NCBI GenBank assembly: GCA_963612025.1
Contig: CAVDUB010000003.1
Coordinates: 37,235-101,234, forward strand
Source of the DNA: a bacterium
GTDB taxonomy: Bacteria; Bacillota_I; Bacilli_A; RFN20; CAG-288
DNA: 64,000 nucleotides
Direction of reading: 5' to 3'
Shown: one piece after another, positions 18,141 through 27,165 of the stretch
Numbering within the stretch: position 1 is the stretch's first letter
Layout: each line of letters begins with the position of its first letter
The notes under the pieces: model-generated
The model's database searches: none
What the model was told of the DNA's origin: nothing
The model's input: only the letters and a program-made list of their open reading frames with translations
Program-made: the position numbers and the translations under genes

Positions 18141-18602
18141 ATGACTATGACATATTTAGAGTCCATTACCTATCTGACAGGAAACTTCATCCAAGTCAGC
18201 CAGTTTGTCCTTCGGAATGCTTATCGTGTCATTTCCCTGACGGCGGCCAAGAATAAGGAAAATGCCTATCTTTCTGGCGGAATGAGTCAGATAGAAGCTG
18301 CCGAGGCAATTGCCAATGCCTATATTCTTCAGAATAAGGGAATGGGACTTGGCTCATTGCTGAAGTTCTTCGAAATTCATCCGGGACTCAGCAAAAAGGA
18401 TTCTGATGATCTTCGGTTTGTCCTCAACAAGAGAGAATATCTGATTTCTTTCTTCTATATCGAGAATTCCAACCGCCTGGCTATGGAGGATGTTGCTGTC
18501 TATGAGTCGATTATCCGCGAACTCAAGGAATATATCGAAAAGGCCAACAACCTCAATTTATCCCTTTCGAAAGCCTGTGATCGGCTTTATAAGGCCTTTT
18601 AG
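18141..18602 (+). CDS. Hypothetical protein (about 153 aa), no recognisable family
   Basis: ORF with an AAAGGAG RBS at 18131-18137. It sits first in the conserved rsmB-rlmN-prpC-prkC-rsgA-rpe block. Confidence 0.4.
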   Translation: MTMTYLESITYLTGNFIQVSQFVLRNAYRVISLTAAKNKENAYLSGGMSQIEAAEAIANAYILQNKGMGLGSLLKFFEIHPGLSKKDSDDLRFVLNKREYLISFFYIENSNRLAMEDVAVYESIIRELKEYIEKANNLNLSLSKACDRLYKAF

Positions 18603-18668
18603 GCTTCTCTTTCGTTTTAAAATTGTTGAGTTTCGTATATAATGAAAGATGAATAAAGAGGTCTGAAT

Positions 18669-19952
18669 ATGTCTGATTATGTCCCTGAACTGAATGCCCT
18701 GACTTTGATTCTCCTTGAGAACAAGAATTACCATCAGGCAATCTTCAAAACGAATATGGAAGAAAAACTTTCCCAGATTGGGAAAAGAAAAATGCAGGAA
18801 AATGTCCAAGGTGTCTTGCGCCATTATTTCCGCCTTTCTTTTGAATGCCTGGACCTTTTCAATGATTCAAAAGAGAGCCAGGAACATATCCTTCTTTTGA
18901 TTGCCTTATATGAATTGAGATATCATCCATCCAAGAGCAGAGATGAGATCAGGGCTTCTTATTTGGATGCTTTTAAGAAGATGCGTCTTTTGGGCGACTG
19001 TGAAAAGAATGTCTTGACGCTTCTTGAGGCGAGCCAAAAACCTTATGTCTTCTCGGAGGAAGTCAAAAAGGCACCCTATTTATATAATTCGCTTCTCTTG
19101 GAAGCCCCGGAATTTCTATTAAAGAAACTGACCCTGGATTTTACGCCTCAGAGAAGCCTAGATATTCTTTCCAATCTGAAAAGAAAGCCGACCTATTTCT
19201 TTGCCCTATCCGACAAAGGAAAACAGGAAGAGATTCTTACGAATGAGAAATTCCAGTCCGTCATTCTGGAAAATCGAAAGGTTCTTTTCAAGACGGAATC
19301 TCCGCTTCCTTTGAAGGATGCCAAGAAACTGAATCTCTATCCGGTGGATTTTCTTCAGTTGTTGGCCTTCTCAAGAATTTCCCTTCCTTCTTTGACACCA
19401 AAGGTTCTTTTCACGGGATTTGATGATGGATTTTCTTTCCTTCCGATTGGTTTCCAGGTCGAGGAATACTATCAGGGAGAACTGACGATTGCCTATGATC
19501 ATCCAACCTCTTATCGGGCTGGAATGGATTGTATCCGTCATTTCCAGTTGAAGAAATCCAAGGCGATTGAATCGAATCTCTCTCTTTTGAAGACCTATGT
19601 CCAGATTGAACATTTTGATTTGGTGGTCTGCCTTGGAAAGGATACAAGGATTGCTCTTTCAAGAAGAGATCCATCGATTCTCCCTTCATTGAAAGAAGAT
19701 GCTTTCCTTAAGTCAGAGAAAAGACAGGTTTCCGATCTTCTTGAAAACGCCCTATTCGTCAAGGAAGGCGGCACTCTTCTTTTCATCAACCATTCCCTTG
19801 TCAAGCAGGAAACCTACGATGTTGTCAATCGTTTCCTTGAGAAGAGAAAGGACTTCATGCTGATCAAGAAGGAAATCCTATTCCCTGGACAGATGGATGC
19901 GGACGGCGGATTCTATTGTGTTTTGAGAAGAAAGGAAAAGCAACATGACTAG
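18669..19952 (+). CDS. RsmB/Sun-like protein (NusB-like N-domain plus methyltransferase fold) with degenerate catalytic and SAM motifs
   Basis: The C-terminal 'GGTLLFINHSLVKQE..VV..FL' aligns to RsmB motif VI 'GG.LVY.TCS', with TC replaced by NH. 'LVVCLGKDTRIALSRRDPSI' aligns to motif IV 'LVDAPCSGTG.IRR.PDI' without the Pro-Cys. No DxCAAPGGKT box is present. Confidence 0.6.
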   Translation: MSDYVPELNALTLILLENKNYHQAIFKTNMEEKLSQIGKRKMQENVQGVLRHYFRLSFECLDLFNDSKESQEHILLLIALYELRYHPSKSRDEIRASYLDAFKKMRLLGDCEKNVLTLLEASQKPYVFSEEVKKAPYLYNSLLLEAPEFLLKKLTLDFTPQRSLDILSNLKRKPTYFFALSDKGKQEEILTNEKFQSVILENRKVLFKTESPLPLKDAKKLNLYPVDFLQLLAFSRISLPSLTPKVLFTGFDDGFSFLPIGFQVEEYYQGELTIAYDHPTSYRAGMDCIRHFQLKKSKAIESNLSLLKTYVQIEHFDLVVCLGKDTRIALSRRDPSILPSLKEDAFLKSEKRQVSDLLENALFVKEGGTLLFINHSLVKQETYDVVNRFLEKRKDFMLIKKEILFPGQMDADGGFYCVLRRKEKQHD

Positions 19953-20994
19953 CATATATTCCTATTCCCTGGAAGACCTGACGAAACTGATGCAGGCGAT
20001 GAACCAGTCCTCCTATCGAAGCAAACAGATTTATTCCTGGCTTTATCAGAAAAGAGTGCATTCTTTTGATGAAATGAGCGATGTCAGCAAGGATTTCAGA
20101 GAAAAACTGAAGGCAAATTTCGATTTTTCCTTGCCGTGTCTTTCTCTTAAGCAGGAAAGCGCAGACGGAACAGTCAAATGCCTCTTCAAGCTCCGCGATG
20201 GCGAAGAGGTTGAAGGCGTCCTGATGCATTATGTCTATGGTTATAGCGTGTGTGTCTCTTCTCAGGTCGGCTGCAATATGTCCTGTGCCTTCTGTGCCTC
20301 GGGTCTTCTTAAGAAGAAGAGAAACCTCACGCCAGACGAAATGCTCGGACAGGTCCTCTTTTTTGACGAACTTCTCAGAAAGAAAGAGGATGGATCCCAT
20401 GTCACCCATGTGGTCGTCATGGGAACCGGCGAACCATTCGACAATTATGATAACGTCTTATCCTTTATCCGCATCATCAATAGTCAGTTTGGCCTCGATA
20501 TCGGTGCAAGACACATTACGGTCTCCACATGCGGTGTTGTTCCCGGAATCCTCAAATTCGGCAAGGAAGGGCTGCAGATCAATCTTGCCATTTCTCTCCA
20601 TGCGCCGAACAATGAAATCCGAAACCGCCTCATGCCCATCAACCAGGCTTATCCTCTTGAAGTGCTCATTCCAGCGATTTTGCAGTATTCCAAGGATTCA
20701 TCAGGACGAAGAGTCACATTTGAATATATCCTTATCAAGGGTGTCAATGATACAATAGAGTGTGCCCGAGAATTGTCGAAGCTGATTGCACCGACTTTCG
20801 GGTATGTGAACCTGATTCCCTATAATCCAGTCATGGAAAACGGATTTGAGCGTTCGACGGATGAGAATGTGGAACTTTTCCATAATTTCCTCCTTCAGAA
20901 GCATATCAAGTCTACAATCCGAAAGGAATTCGGCAGTGACATCGATGCAGCATGCGGTCAGTTGAGGGCAAAACACAAAAATGGAAACGAATGA
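19945..20994 (+). CDS. rlmN: 23S rRNA / tRNA m2A methyltransferase RlmN (radical SAM)
   Basis: 'CNMSCAFCASG' radical-SAM CxxxCxxC, 'MGTGEP', and a C-terminal 'CGQL' motif. Confidence 0.85.
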   Translation: MTSIYSYSLEDLTKLMQAMNQSSYRSKQIYSWLYQKRVHSFDEMSDVSKDFREKLKANFDFSLPCLSLKQESADGTVKCLFKLRDGEEVEGVLMHYVYGYSVCVSSQVGCNMSCAFCASGLLKKKRNLTPDEMLGQVLFFDELLRKKEDGSHVTHVVVMGTGEPFDNYDNVLSFIRIINSQFGLDIGARHITVSTCGVVPGILKFGKEGLQINLAISLHAPNNEIRNRLMPINQAYPLEVLIPAILQYSKDSSGRRVTFEYILIKGVNDTIECARELSKLIAPTFGYVNLIPYNPVMENGFERSTDENVELFHNFLLQKHIKSTIRKEFGSDIDAACGQLRAKHKNGNE

Positions 20995-21724
20995 AAAATT
21001 AGCGGCACTGAGTGATATCGGACTTCGCAGAAAAAACAATGAAGATGCGGCCTATGCGGTCAAAAACCAATATGGCACGCTTTTGGTTGTGGCTGATGGC
21101 ATGGGCGGACATCGAAAGGGTGAAGTCGCATCCAAGATTGTCGTCGATACCCTTTCCATCCGATTCAATTCCGAACATCATGTCTTCAATGCCCGTCGAG
21201 GCAAGAAATTTTATAAGAAACAGATGAAGAAAGCCAATCAGGAAATCTACAAGATGTCTTTGTCTGGCGATGAATATCGTGAGATGGGAACGACTCTTGT
21301 TTCTGCTCTCATCGATGAAAAGGAAACCCGTATCTTTTCAGTCGGTGATTCAAGATGCTATCTTCTCGGCTTGGATGGAATCCTTAAGCAGGTTACCCGT
21401 GACCAGACCTACGTTCAGTTTCTTTTCGAAAATGGAAAAATCACCAAATCGGAAATGGCAACCCATCCACAGAAAAACCTATTGATCAATGCCGTTGGCA
21501 TCAATCCGGATCTGACGGACTGCGAAGAATTCCTTTTTGAGAATGAGACCTATAAGAGCATCCTTCTTTGTTCGGATGGCTTATATAACATGGTCAATGA
21601 TGAAGATATTCAATCGACGATGAACAAAGAAATTCCTGCGATAGACAAGGCACGCGAACTGATAAAGAAAGCTTTGGATAAAGGTGGAAATGACAATATA
21701 GCTGTTGCAATTTACGATAACTGA
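20981..21724 (+). CDS. prpC: PP2C-family Ser/Thr phosphatase
   Basis: 'RKNNEDA', 'VADGMGGH' and 'SDG' metal-binding motifs. Length is 247 aa. Confidence 0.85.
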   Translation: METNEKLAALSDIGLRRKNNEDAAYAVKNQYGTLLVVADGMGGHRKGEVASKIVVDTLSIRFNSEHHVFNARRGKKFYKKQMKKANQEIYKMSLSGDEYREMGTTLVSALIDEKETRIFSVGDSRCYLLGLDGILKQVTRDQTYVQFLFENGKITKSEMATHPQKNLLINAVGINPDLTDCEEFLFENETYKSILLCSDGLYNMVNDEDIQSTMNKEIPAIDKARELIKKALDKGGNDNIAVAIYDN

Positions 21725-21728
21725 AAAT

Positions 21729-22718
21729 ATGGACGAATTTACAAGAGATAATGAAATCATCGATGATCGATACAAAATCATGGAGACAGCCGGCACAGGG
21801 GGCATGGCGATTGTTTACCGTGCCCATGATCTGATTTCCGATCGGGATGTGGCTATCAAAATGATGCGCTCGGAGACAGCCGCCAACCAGATCAATCTTT
21901 CCCGTTTCGAAAGGGAAGCGAGATCGGCTGCCAGTCTTTCCCATCAGAATATCGTCAAGGTGCTCAATGTCGGATCCTATCAGGGACTTCCCTATATCGT
22001 AAATGAATATATAGATGGACAGAACCTGAGACAGGTTTTGGATGTCAGGGGAAAGTTCTCTTTCATGGAAGCCTGCGATATCATGTATCAGCTCTGCTCG
22101 GCGGTTCTCTATGCCCATAATCATGGCGTTATCCATCGGGATATCAAGCCGCAGAATATTTTCCTAAATAGCGATGGCATCATCAAATTGGCCGATTTTG
22201 GCATTGCGACATTCCAGAATTCCAGCCATGTCACAAGACAGGATTTGGTTGTCGGAACGATTTTATATATATCTCCGGAAGTGGCCCAGGGAAACCCGGC
22301 GACAGTCCGAAGCGATGTCTATTCCATGGGCATCACCTTTTTCGAGTTGATCACAGGAACTCTTCCTTTCTATTCGGATAACAACTATACCCTTATGATG
22401 ATGAAAATCAAGAATGATTTTCCGTCCATCAAGAAATACAATCCGAAGACGCCCGAATGCATTGAAAACATTATCTACAAGGCCTGTTTAAGAAATCCGA
22501 ATGATCGCTATGTCTCAGCAGAAATGATGAGAAAGGATATTGAGAAAATCTTGAAGAATCCGTCGATGCTCGAAAAGAAGACGACCTCCCGCTTCTATGA
22601 TTTCTTCCATCCGCATTCACCCTCGGCAATCCAAAGAAAAGAAGAAAAGAAGCAGAGAAAAGAACTTCTGCGAGCGACGAGACAATCCAGGAAGGAACGT
22701 GACAAAAGTGGCCGATAA
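21729..22718 (+). CDS. prkC: Hanks-type Ser/Thr protein kinase, cytoplasmic form without TM or PASTA domains
   Basis: 'GTGGMAIVYRA', 'AIKMM', 'HRDIKPQN', 'DFG' and 'SPE' motifs. It ends in a K/R/E-rich tail at 330 aa. ATG 21729 is preferred over the listed TTG 21705. Confidence 0.8.
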   Translation: MDEFTRDNEIIDDRYKIMETAGTGGMAIVYRAHDLISDRDVAIKMMRSETAANQINLSRFEREARSAASLSHQNIVKVLNVGSYQGLPYIVNEYIDGQNLRQVLDVRGKFSFMEACDIMYQLCSAVLYAHNHGVIHRDIKPQNIFLNSDGIIKLADFGIATFQNSSHVTRQDLVVGTILYISPEVAQGNPATVRSDVYSMGITFFELITGTLPFYSDNNYTLMMMKIKNDFPSIKKYNPKTPECIENIIYKACLRNPNDRYVSAEMMRKDIEKILKNPSMLEKKTTSRFYDFFHPHSPSAIQRKEEKKQRKELLRATRQSRKERDKSGR

Positions 22719-23607
22719 TATCTTTCGCGTACTCAATTCCACATCGCTTGGATATCAGCTCTTTTCGATTGATGATCAATCGATTTCGGTTCATCCAAAC
22801 CGGAAGAAAATTACGTATCATGGAGATAAGATCGTCATCGGCGATTTTGTGAAAATCGATGATCAGGGCATGATTCGAGAAATTCTTCCGCGAGAGAATT
22901 ATCTCGAGCGTCCTCGGCTTTCCAATTGCGATCTTGCCTTTGTCCTCGTCTCTTTGAAGGAACCGGACTTTTCCTCTTATCTTTTGGATAAATTCCTCTC
23001 TTTTCTTCATTATCATCATATCCATGCTGGCATCATTCTGACAAAAACAGACCTTTTATCGAAAAAAGAAATGAATGAGATGAAGAAGAGGATTGAATTC
23101 TATAAGAAACTATCCTACGACGTCTTTTTCGTCAATGCCCATGATGAGAAGGCCTATGATTTTTCTCTTCTCAAAGAGAAAATAAAAGGAAAAAGCATTG
23201 CCTTTGTCGGACAGACAGGTGTTGGAAAGTCTTCTCTGATCAATTCGCTCTGCCCCGACTTCCAGAGAAAAGTGGATGCCTTATATGTCACAAGCGGAAG
23301 AGGACGACATACGACAAAGGAAATCATCCTGCTTCCTTTTGGGGATGGGTTCCTTTTCGATACGCCCGGATTCTCCGAACTTGAATTGAGGGATGTCAAG
23401 AGCCTTGATTTTGCACATTGTTTTCCGGGCTATGGGAAATACCTGAATTCCTGTTTTTTCAAGGATTGTCTCCATCTTCCTTCCTCGAAAGGCTGTGAAG
23501 TCATAAAGGCGATAAAGGAAGGCGAGCTTTCCTCAGATTCATACGAAAATTACCTCCGCATCATGGAGGAAGTAAAGGTAAACGATTTATGGAAAAAGAA
23601 AATTTAG
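22708..23607 (+). CDS. rsgA: Ribosome small-subunit biogenesis GTPase RsgA
   Basis: Circularly permuted GTPase motifs: 'TKTDL' (G4) precedes 'GQTGVGKSSL' (G1) and 'DTPG' (G3), followed by a C-terminal Zn-finger region. The likely start is GTG 22708, since the listed start overlaps prkC. Confidence 0.75.
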   Translation: MADNIFRVLNSTSLGYQLFSIDDQSISVHPNRKKITYHGDKIVIGDFVKIDDQGMIREILPRENYLERPRLSNCDLAFVLVSLKEPDFSSYLLDKFLSFLHYHHIHAGIILTKTDLLSKKEMNEMKKRIEFYKKLSYDVFFVNAHDEKAYDFSLLKEKIKGKSIAFVGQTGVGKSSLINSLCPDFQRKVDALYVTSGRGRHTTKEIILLPFGDGFLFDTPGFSELELRDVKSLDFAHCFPGYGKYLNSCFFKDCLHLPSSKGCEVIKAIKEGELSSDSYENYLRIMEEVKVNDLWKKKI

Positions 23608-24272
23608 TGCGTCCGTCATTGTTGAGTGCCGATTTCTGCCATCTTGGGAAAGATATTGAGGAATGCCTTTCTTTGGGAATCACGCATATCCATTATGATG
23701 TCATGGATGGAAGCTTTGTGGACGATATCTCTTTTGGTGAACCGATTTTCAAGAAGGTCGAGGATGCCTATGGAAGCCTTGTCACTTTTGACGTTCATCT
23801 GATGACTCTCAATCCGATCCGGCAGATGATCCAGTTTGCCCGTCTTGGCGCAAAGGAAATCTGTTTCCATTTTGAGACACTCACTTTGGGTGATATTCCA
23901 AAGATCAAGCAGGTTAGGGAAATGTATCCGTCCCTAAAAATCGGATTGGCTTTTTCTCCAGAGACGAAAGTCGATGAAATCAAGGCACTGCTCAGCCTCT
24001 TCGACTATGTCTTGGTTATGTCGGTCGTGCCAGGAAAGGGAGGACAGAAATTCATCCCCGGAAGCGAAACGAAAATTGCCTTGTTGGATGAATATCGAAA
24101 GACATTCTCCTTGTCTTATCAAATCGGCGTGGATGGCGGCATCAACGAGACGACGGGCCCTCTTTGTGTTGAGGCGGGTGTCGACTTTTTGGTGGCGGGC
24201 TCCTATTATTTCCGTTCGACTGAGAAGAAAATTGCCTTGAAAGCACTTCACAGCCAAAAGGCAATACGCTAA
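23589..24272 (+). CDS. rpe: Ribulose-phosphate 3-epimerase
   Basis: 'PSLLSADF', 'HIHYDVMDG' and 'VDGGI' motifs. Confidence 0.85.
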   Translation: MEKENLVRPSLLSADFCHLGKDIEECLSLGITHIHYDVMDGSFVDDISFGEPIFKKVEDAYGSLVTFDVHLMTLNPIRQMIQFARLGAKEICFHFETLTLGDIPKIKQVREMYPSLKIGLAFSPETKVDEIKALLSLFDYVLVMSVVPGKGGQKFIPGSETKIALLDEYRKTFSLSYQIGVDGGINETTGPLCVEAGVDFLVAGSYYFRSTEKKIALKALHSQKAIR

Positions 24273-24281
24273 AATGATGGT

Positions 24282-24956
24282 ATGAATCTAAATATTGCCG
24301 CAGCTCTTCTCATCATCGGATTCGGTTTCTTCCTTGCCTATATGGCTCTTCTGATTTATCAGAATCAGCTTTTGGATTCATTGAATCGGAATCACTTTCG
24401 GAATTCCTTTCCCTATAACTACTACATGGCTGCGTCGATGAAGGTCCGTGTTCTGCTCTATTCGTTTTTGGCGATATCGACGTTGACGAACATGACTGGC
24501 ATGAGTTTCTTCTTCATCTATTTTTCGACGGGATTCAGTTATATTCTCTCTGTCTTGATGCCTCTTTCTCTTCTTGCCTTGACAGTGGGCAATCTTCTTT
24601 CCTTGGAACACTACAGGATTCATATCATCTCTTCTGCTGTCAGCTTCTTTCTTTTCCCGCTGACCTGTCTTCTTTTCTCTTTCTCGACTGTGATTCCAGG
24701 TGCTCTTCTCTATCCAGAGAGAACAATCCCTTTCATTCAAGTTCTTTTGGGCGTTGTTGGGGGTATCCTTCTTCTTATTCTGATCAATCCGAAGCTGATG
24801 GATTGGTATAAGATGGAAAAAACGGAGGAGAACGGAAAGACCTATTACGTGAAGCCTAAAATCAACGCATTTGCATTCTATGAATGGGTTTATCTCATCT
24901 CGATGAATGCTGTCTCCTTCCTTCTCTTCTTGACGGCCGCTCTGGCTACAAAATAG
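24282..24956 (+). CDS. Hypothetical polytopic membrane protein (about 6 TM)
   Basis: Hydrophobic segments throughout, with no recognisable family. Confidence 0.4.
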   Translation: MNLNIAAALLIIGFGFFLAYMALLIYQNQLLDSLNRNHFRNSFPYNYYMAASMKVRVLLYSFLAISTLTNMTGMSFFFIYFSTGFSYILSVLMPLSLLALTVGNLLSLEHYRIHIISSAVSFFLFPLTCLLFSFSTVIPGALLYPERTIPFIQVLLGVVGGILLLILINPKLMDWYKMEKTEENGKTYYVKPKINAFAFYEWVYLISMNAVSFLLFLTAALATK

Positions 24957-24969
24957 TTCAAATAAAAAT

Positions 24970-25022
24970 ACGATCCCCTGATTTGTGCCCTGTGATAGGG
25001 CATAGAAAGGGATCGTTTTTTG
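24970..25022. terminator. Bidirectional nested-hairpin terminator between the membrane-protein gene (+) and rpmB (-)
   Basis: ACGATCCC...GGGATCGT outer stem with inner TGCCCT-gtgat-AGGGCA hairpin. T6 lies downstream on the plus strand and a T-rich tract on the minus strand. Confidence 0.5.
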
Positions 25023-25121
25023 TTTGTGTGATGGGAATACAAAAAAACGAACCGCGAGGGTTCGTCAATTTGTCGTACATTATCCGAGAAGAATTGCCCA
25101 TCCTCCTCGATGTATGGAAGA

Positions 25122-25394
25122 TTACTTGGCTTCTTCGACAGCTGGAGTTGCTTCAACCGGCTTGGCAGCAGCTTTGGCGTTCTTTCTTAAAGTACGTAAG
25201 CCAGCGGCAGAGACTCTGATTCTCTGTTTTTTGCCATCGACAACGATGGTGGTTGTCTGAAGGTTGACGTTCCAACGTCTGCAGGTATGTCTCATAGAAT
25301 GAGAAACATTCTTGCCAGACATCGGCTTCTTTCCAGTGATAGGGCATGTTCTAGACATATTAAGTATCCTCCCAATTAAAGCACAATAAAACAA
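25122..25394 (-). CDS. rpmB: 50S ribosomal protein L28
   Basis: 'MSRTCPITGKKPMSGKNVSHSMRHTCRRWNVNLQ'. Confidence 0.85.
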   Translation of the reverse strand: MFYCALIGRILNMSRTCPITGKKPMSGKNVSHSMRHTCRRWNVNLQTTTIVVDGKKQRIRVSAAGLRTLRKNAKAAAKPVEATPAVEEAK

Positions 25395-25542
25395 ATTCTT
25401 AAAAAACGTGCTTATTGACTATATCATGTTTCCATTTTTTTATCAAGAAAAATTTGTCAAAGTGATTCTCGGACTTCTGTTTTGTCCTTGATGAAGTCCT
25501 CAGACAGCGGTGCTATAATCAAGAGAAATAGGAGAATAATCT

Positions 25543-27006
25543 ATGGAATACAAAAATCCGATTCTTCAGGAAGACTTCTCAGACCCCGATGTCATCAAGG
25601 TCGGAGATGACTTTTTCCTTGTCGCCTCGTCCTTCAATTATATGCCGGGCATTCCTATACTGCAGTCAAAGGATATGGTTCATTTCCGTCTGATTAATTA
25701 TGTCTATGACTCCTTAGATGAAAGATATGACAAAGTCATCCATGGAGGAGGAAGCTGGGCTCCTTCTTTACGATATCATGACAAGACCTTCTATTGTCTT
25801 ATTCCAATGCCGGATGATGGCATCTATGAGACCCATACGAAGGATATCTATGGAAAGTGGTCCAAACTTCGCCTTGTCATTCCTCAAAAAGGATTGGAAG
25901 ACCCCTGCCCAATCTGGATCGATCAGAAATGCTATGTTGCGGTGGCTTTTGCCAAAAGCCGCATGGGGTTCAATTCGAAGATCGGCCTTTACGAAATGAG
26001 GGAGGATCTGAGCAGATGTGTTTCAGAAAACTATGAGATTATCTATGATGGACAGAATCAGAACCCGTTGATTGAAGGACCGAAATTCAACCAGAGGAAT
26101 GGTTATATCTATATTATGGCACCGGCTGGCTCAGTCACGAGCGGATGGCAGGTTGCACTGCGCAGCAAGAATATTCATGGACCATATGAATCGAAGATTG
26201 TCCTGATGCAGAAGGATTCCTCGATCAACGGACCCCATCAGGGAGCCTTGGTCGAATATGAAAAGGATAAATGGGCGTTCTATCATTTCCAGGATATGGG
26301 ACCATATGGAAGAGTCCTTCATCTTGAACCTGTTTTATGGCATGATGACTGGCCTCTTTGCGGAGAGGTGAATGATCCCCTTCTTTCCGGTCAGCCGGTT
26401 TCATCCCATGAAATGTTTCTGAAAGAGAAAAAAGATGATTTCATCGATCATGACTGCTTCTTCAATAATGAAATCAATCCCTGCTTCCAAACACCAGCCA
26501 ACAAGAAGGAAGGGTGGTCGACATTGACAGACCATGGACTGATTCTCCATTGTGTGAATTCCATCAAGGAACTGCATCTCCAGGAGAACACCTATTCAGA
26601 AAAGATACCGTATCTGAATTTCGATGTCCGGGTCGAATTCGAACTGAATCTTGAAAAAGAACTCGATGAAGTTGGCCTTTTCCTGATGGGGGAGGAATAT
26701 TCGTATCTTTGTGTGGTTCGTCGCAAGGGAAGAAATTATCTTGAGGAACGAACCGGTGGATTTTCTCATGCTGAAAAAACAATTTCCTCTTTGCCGATGA
26801 ACCAAAAAAGCATCATTCTGTATCTCGAGGGAAGAAAGAAAAATCAACACGATCTTTTCTATCGCTTCGGTTATGGAAAAAGAAAATCAGACCAGATTCA
26901 CCAAGCAATCAAAGGCAGGTGGGTTTCTTCTCGAATTGGATTCTATGCCAGAGGAAATGAAGGTGGCTCGGCTCGGATTCTCTCTTTTCAGATTAAGGAA
27001 AAATAG
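25543..27006 (+). CDS. Glycoside hydrolase family 43 (beta-xylosidase / alpha-L-arabinofuranosidase-like)
   Basis: N-terminal 'NPILQEDFSDPDVIKVGDDFFLVASSF' five-bladed propeller signature, followed by a C-terminal beta-sandwich. Confidence 0.75.
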   Translation: MEYKNPILQEDFSDPDVIKVGDDFFLVASSFNYMPGIPILQSKDMVHFRLINYVYDSLDERYDKVIHGGGSWAPSLRYHDKTFYCLIPMPDDGIYETHTKDIYGKWSKLRLVIPQKGLEDPCPIWIDQKCYVAVAFAKSRMGFNSKIGLYEMREDLSRCVSENYEIIYDGQNQNPLIEGPKFNQRNGYIYIMAPAGSVTSGWQVALRSKNIHGPYESKIVLMQKDSSINGPHQGALVEYEKDKWAFYHFQDMGPYGRVLHLEPVLWHDDWPLCGEVNDPLLSGQPVSSHEMFLKEKKDDFIDHDCFFNNEINPCFQTPANKKEGWSTLTDHGLILHCVNSIKELHLQENTYSEKIPYLNFDVRVEFELNLEKELDEVGLFLMGEEYSYLCVVRRKGRNYLEERTGGFSHAEKTISSLPMNQKSIILYLEGRKKNQHDLFYRFGYGKRKSDQIHQAIKGRWVSSRIGFYARGNEGGSARILSFQIKEK

Positions 27007-27165
27007 TCCGTGCGCACTTTTTGCACATAATTGAATATTTTTCTTGATGAATACGCATTCACGCTTCAATTTATCCTAATTTTGCTCATTTTGCATATAA
27101 AAGTATTGTATACGAATGCACGTTTTGATTATAATCTTGTCAGTGAAAATAGGAGGTATTGCACA

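Noticed and set aside
27031-27165. Upstream extension of adhE in the ORF track (924 aa)
   Set aside because: There is no RBS at 27031. A perfect AGGAGG sits 9 nt before ATG 27166, and the extension is AT-rich leader sequence.
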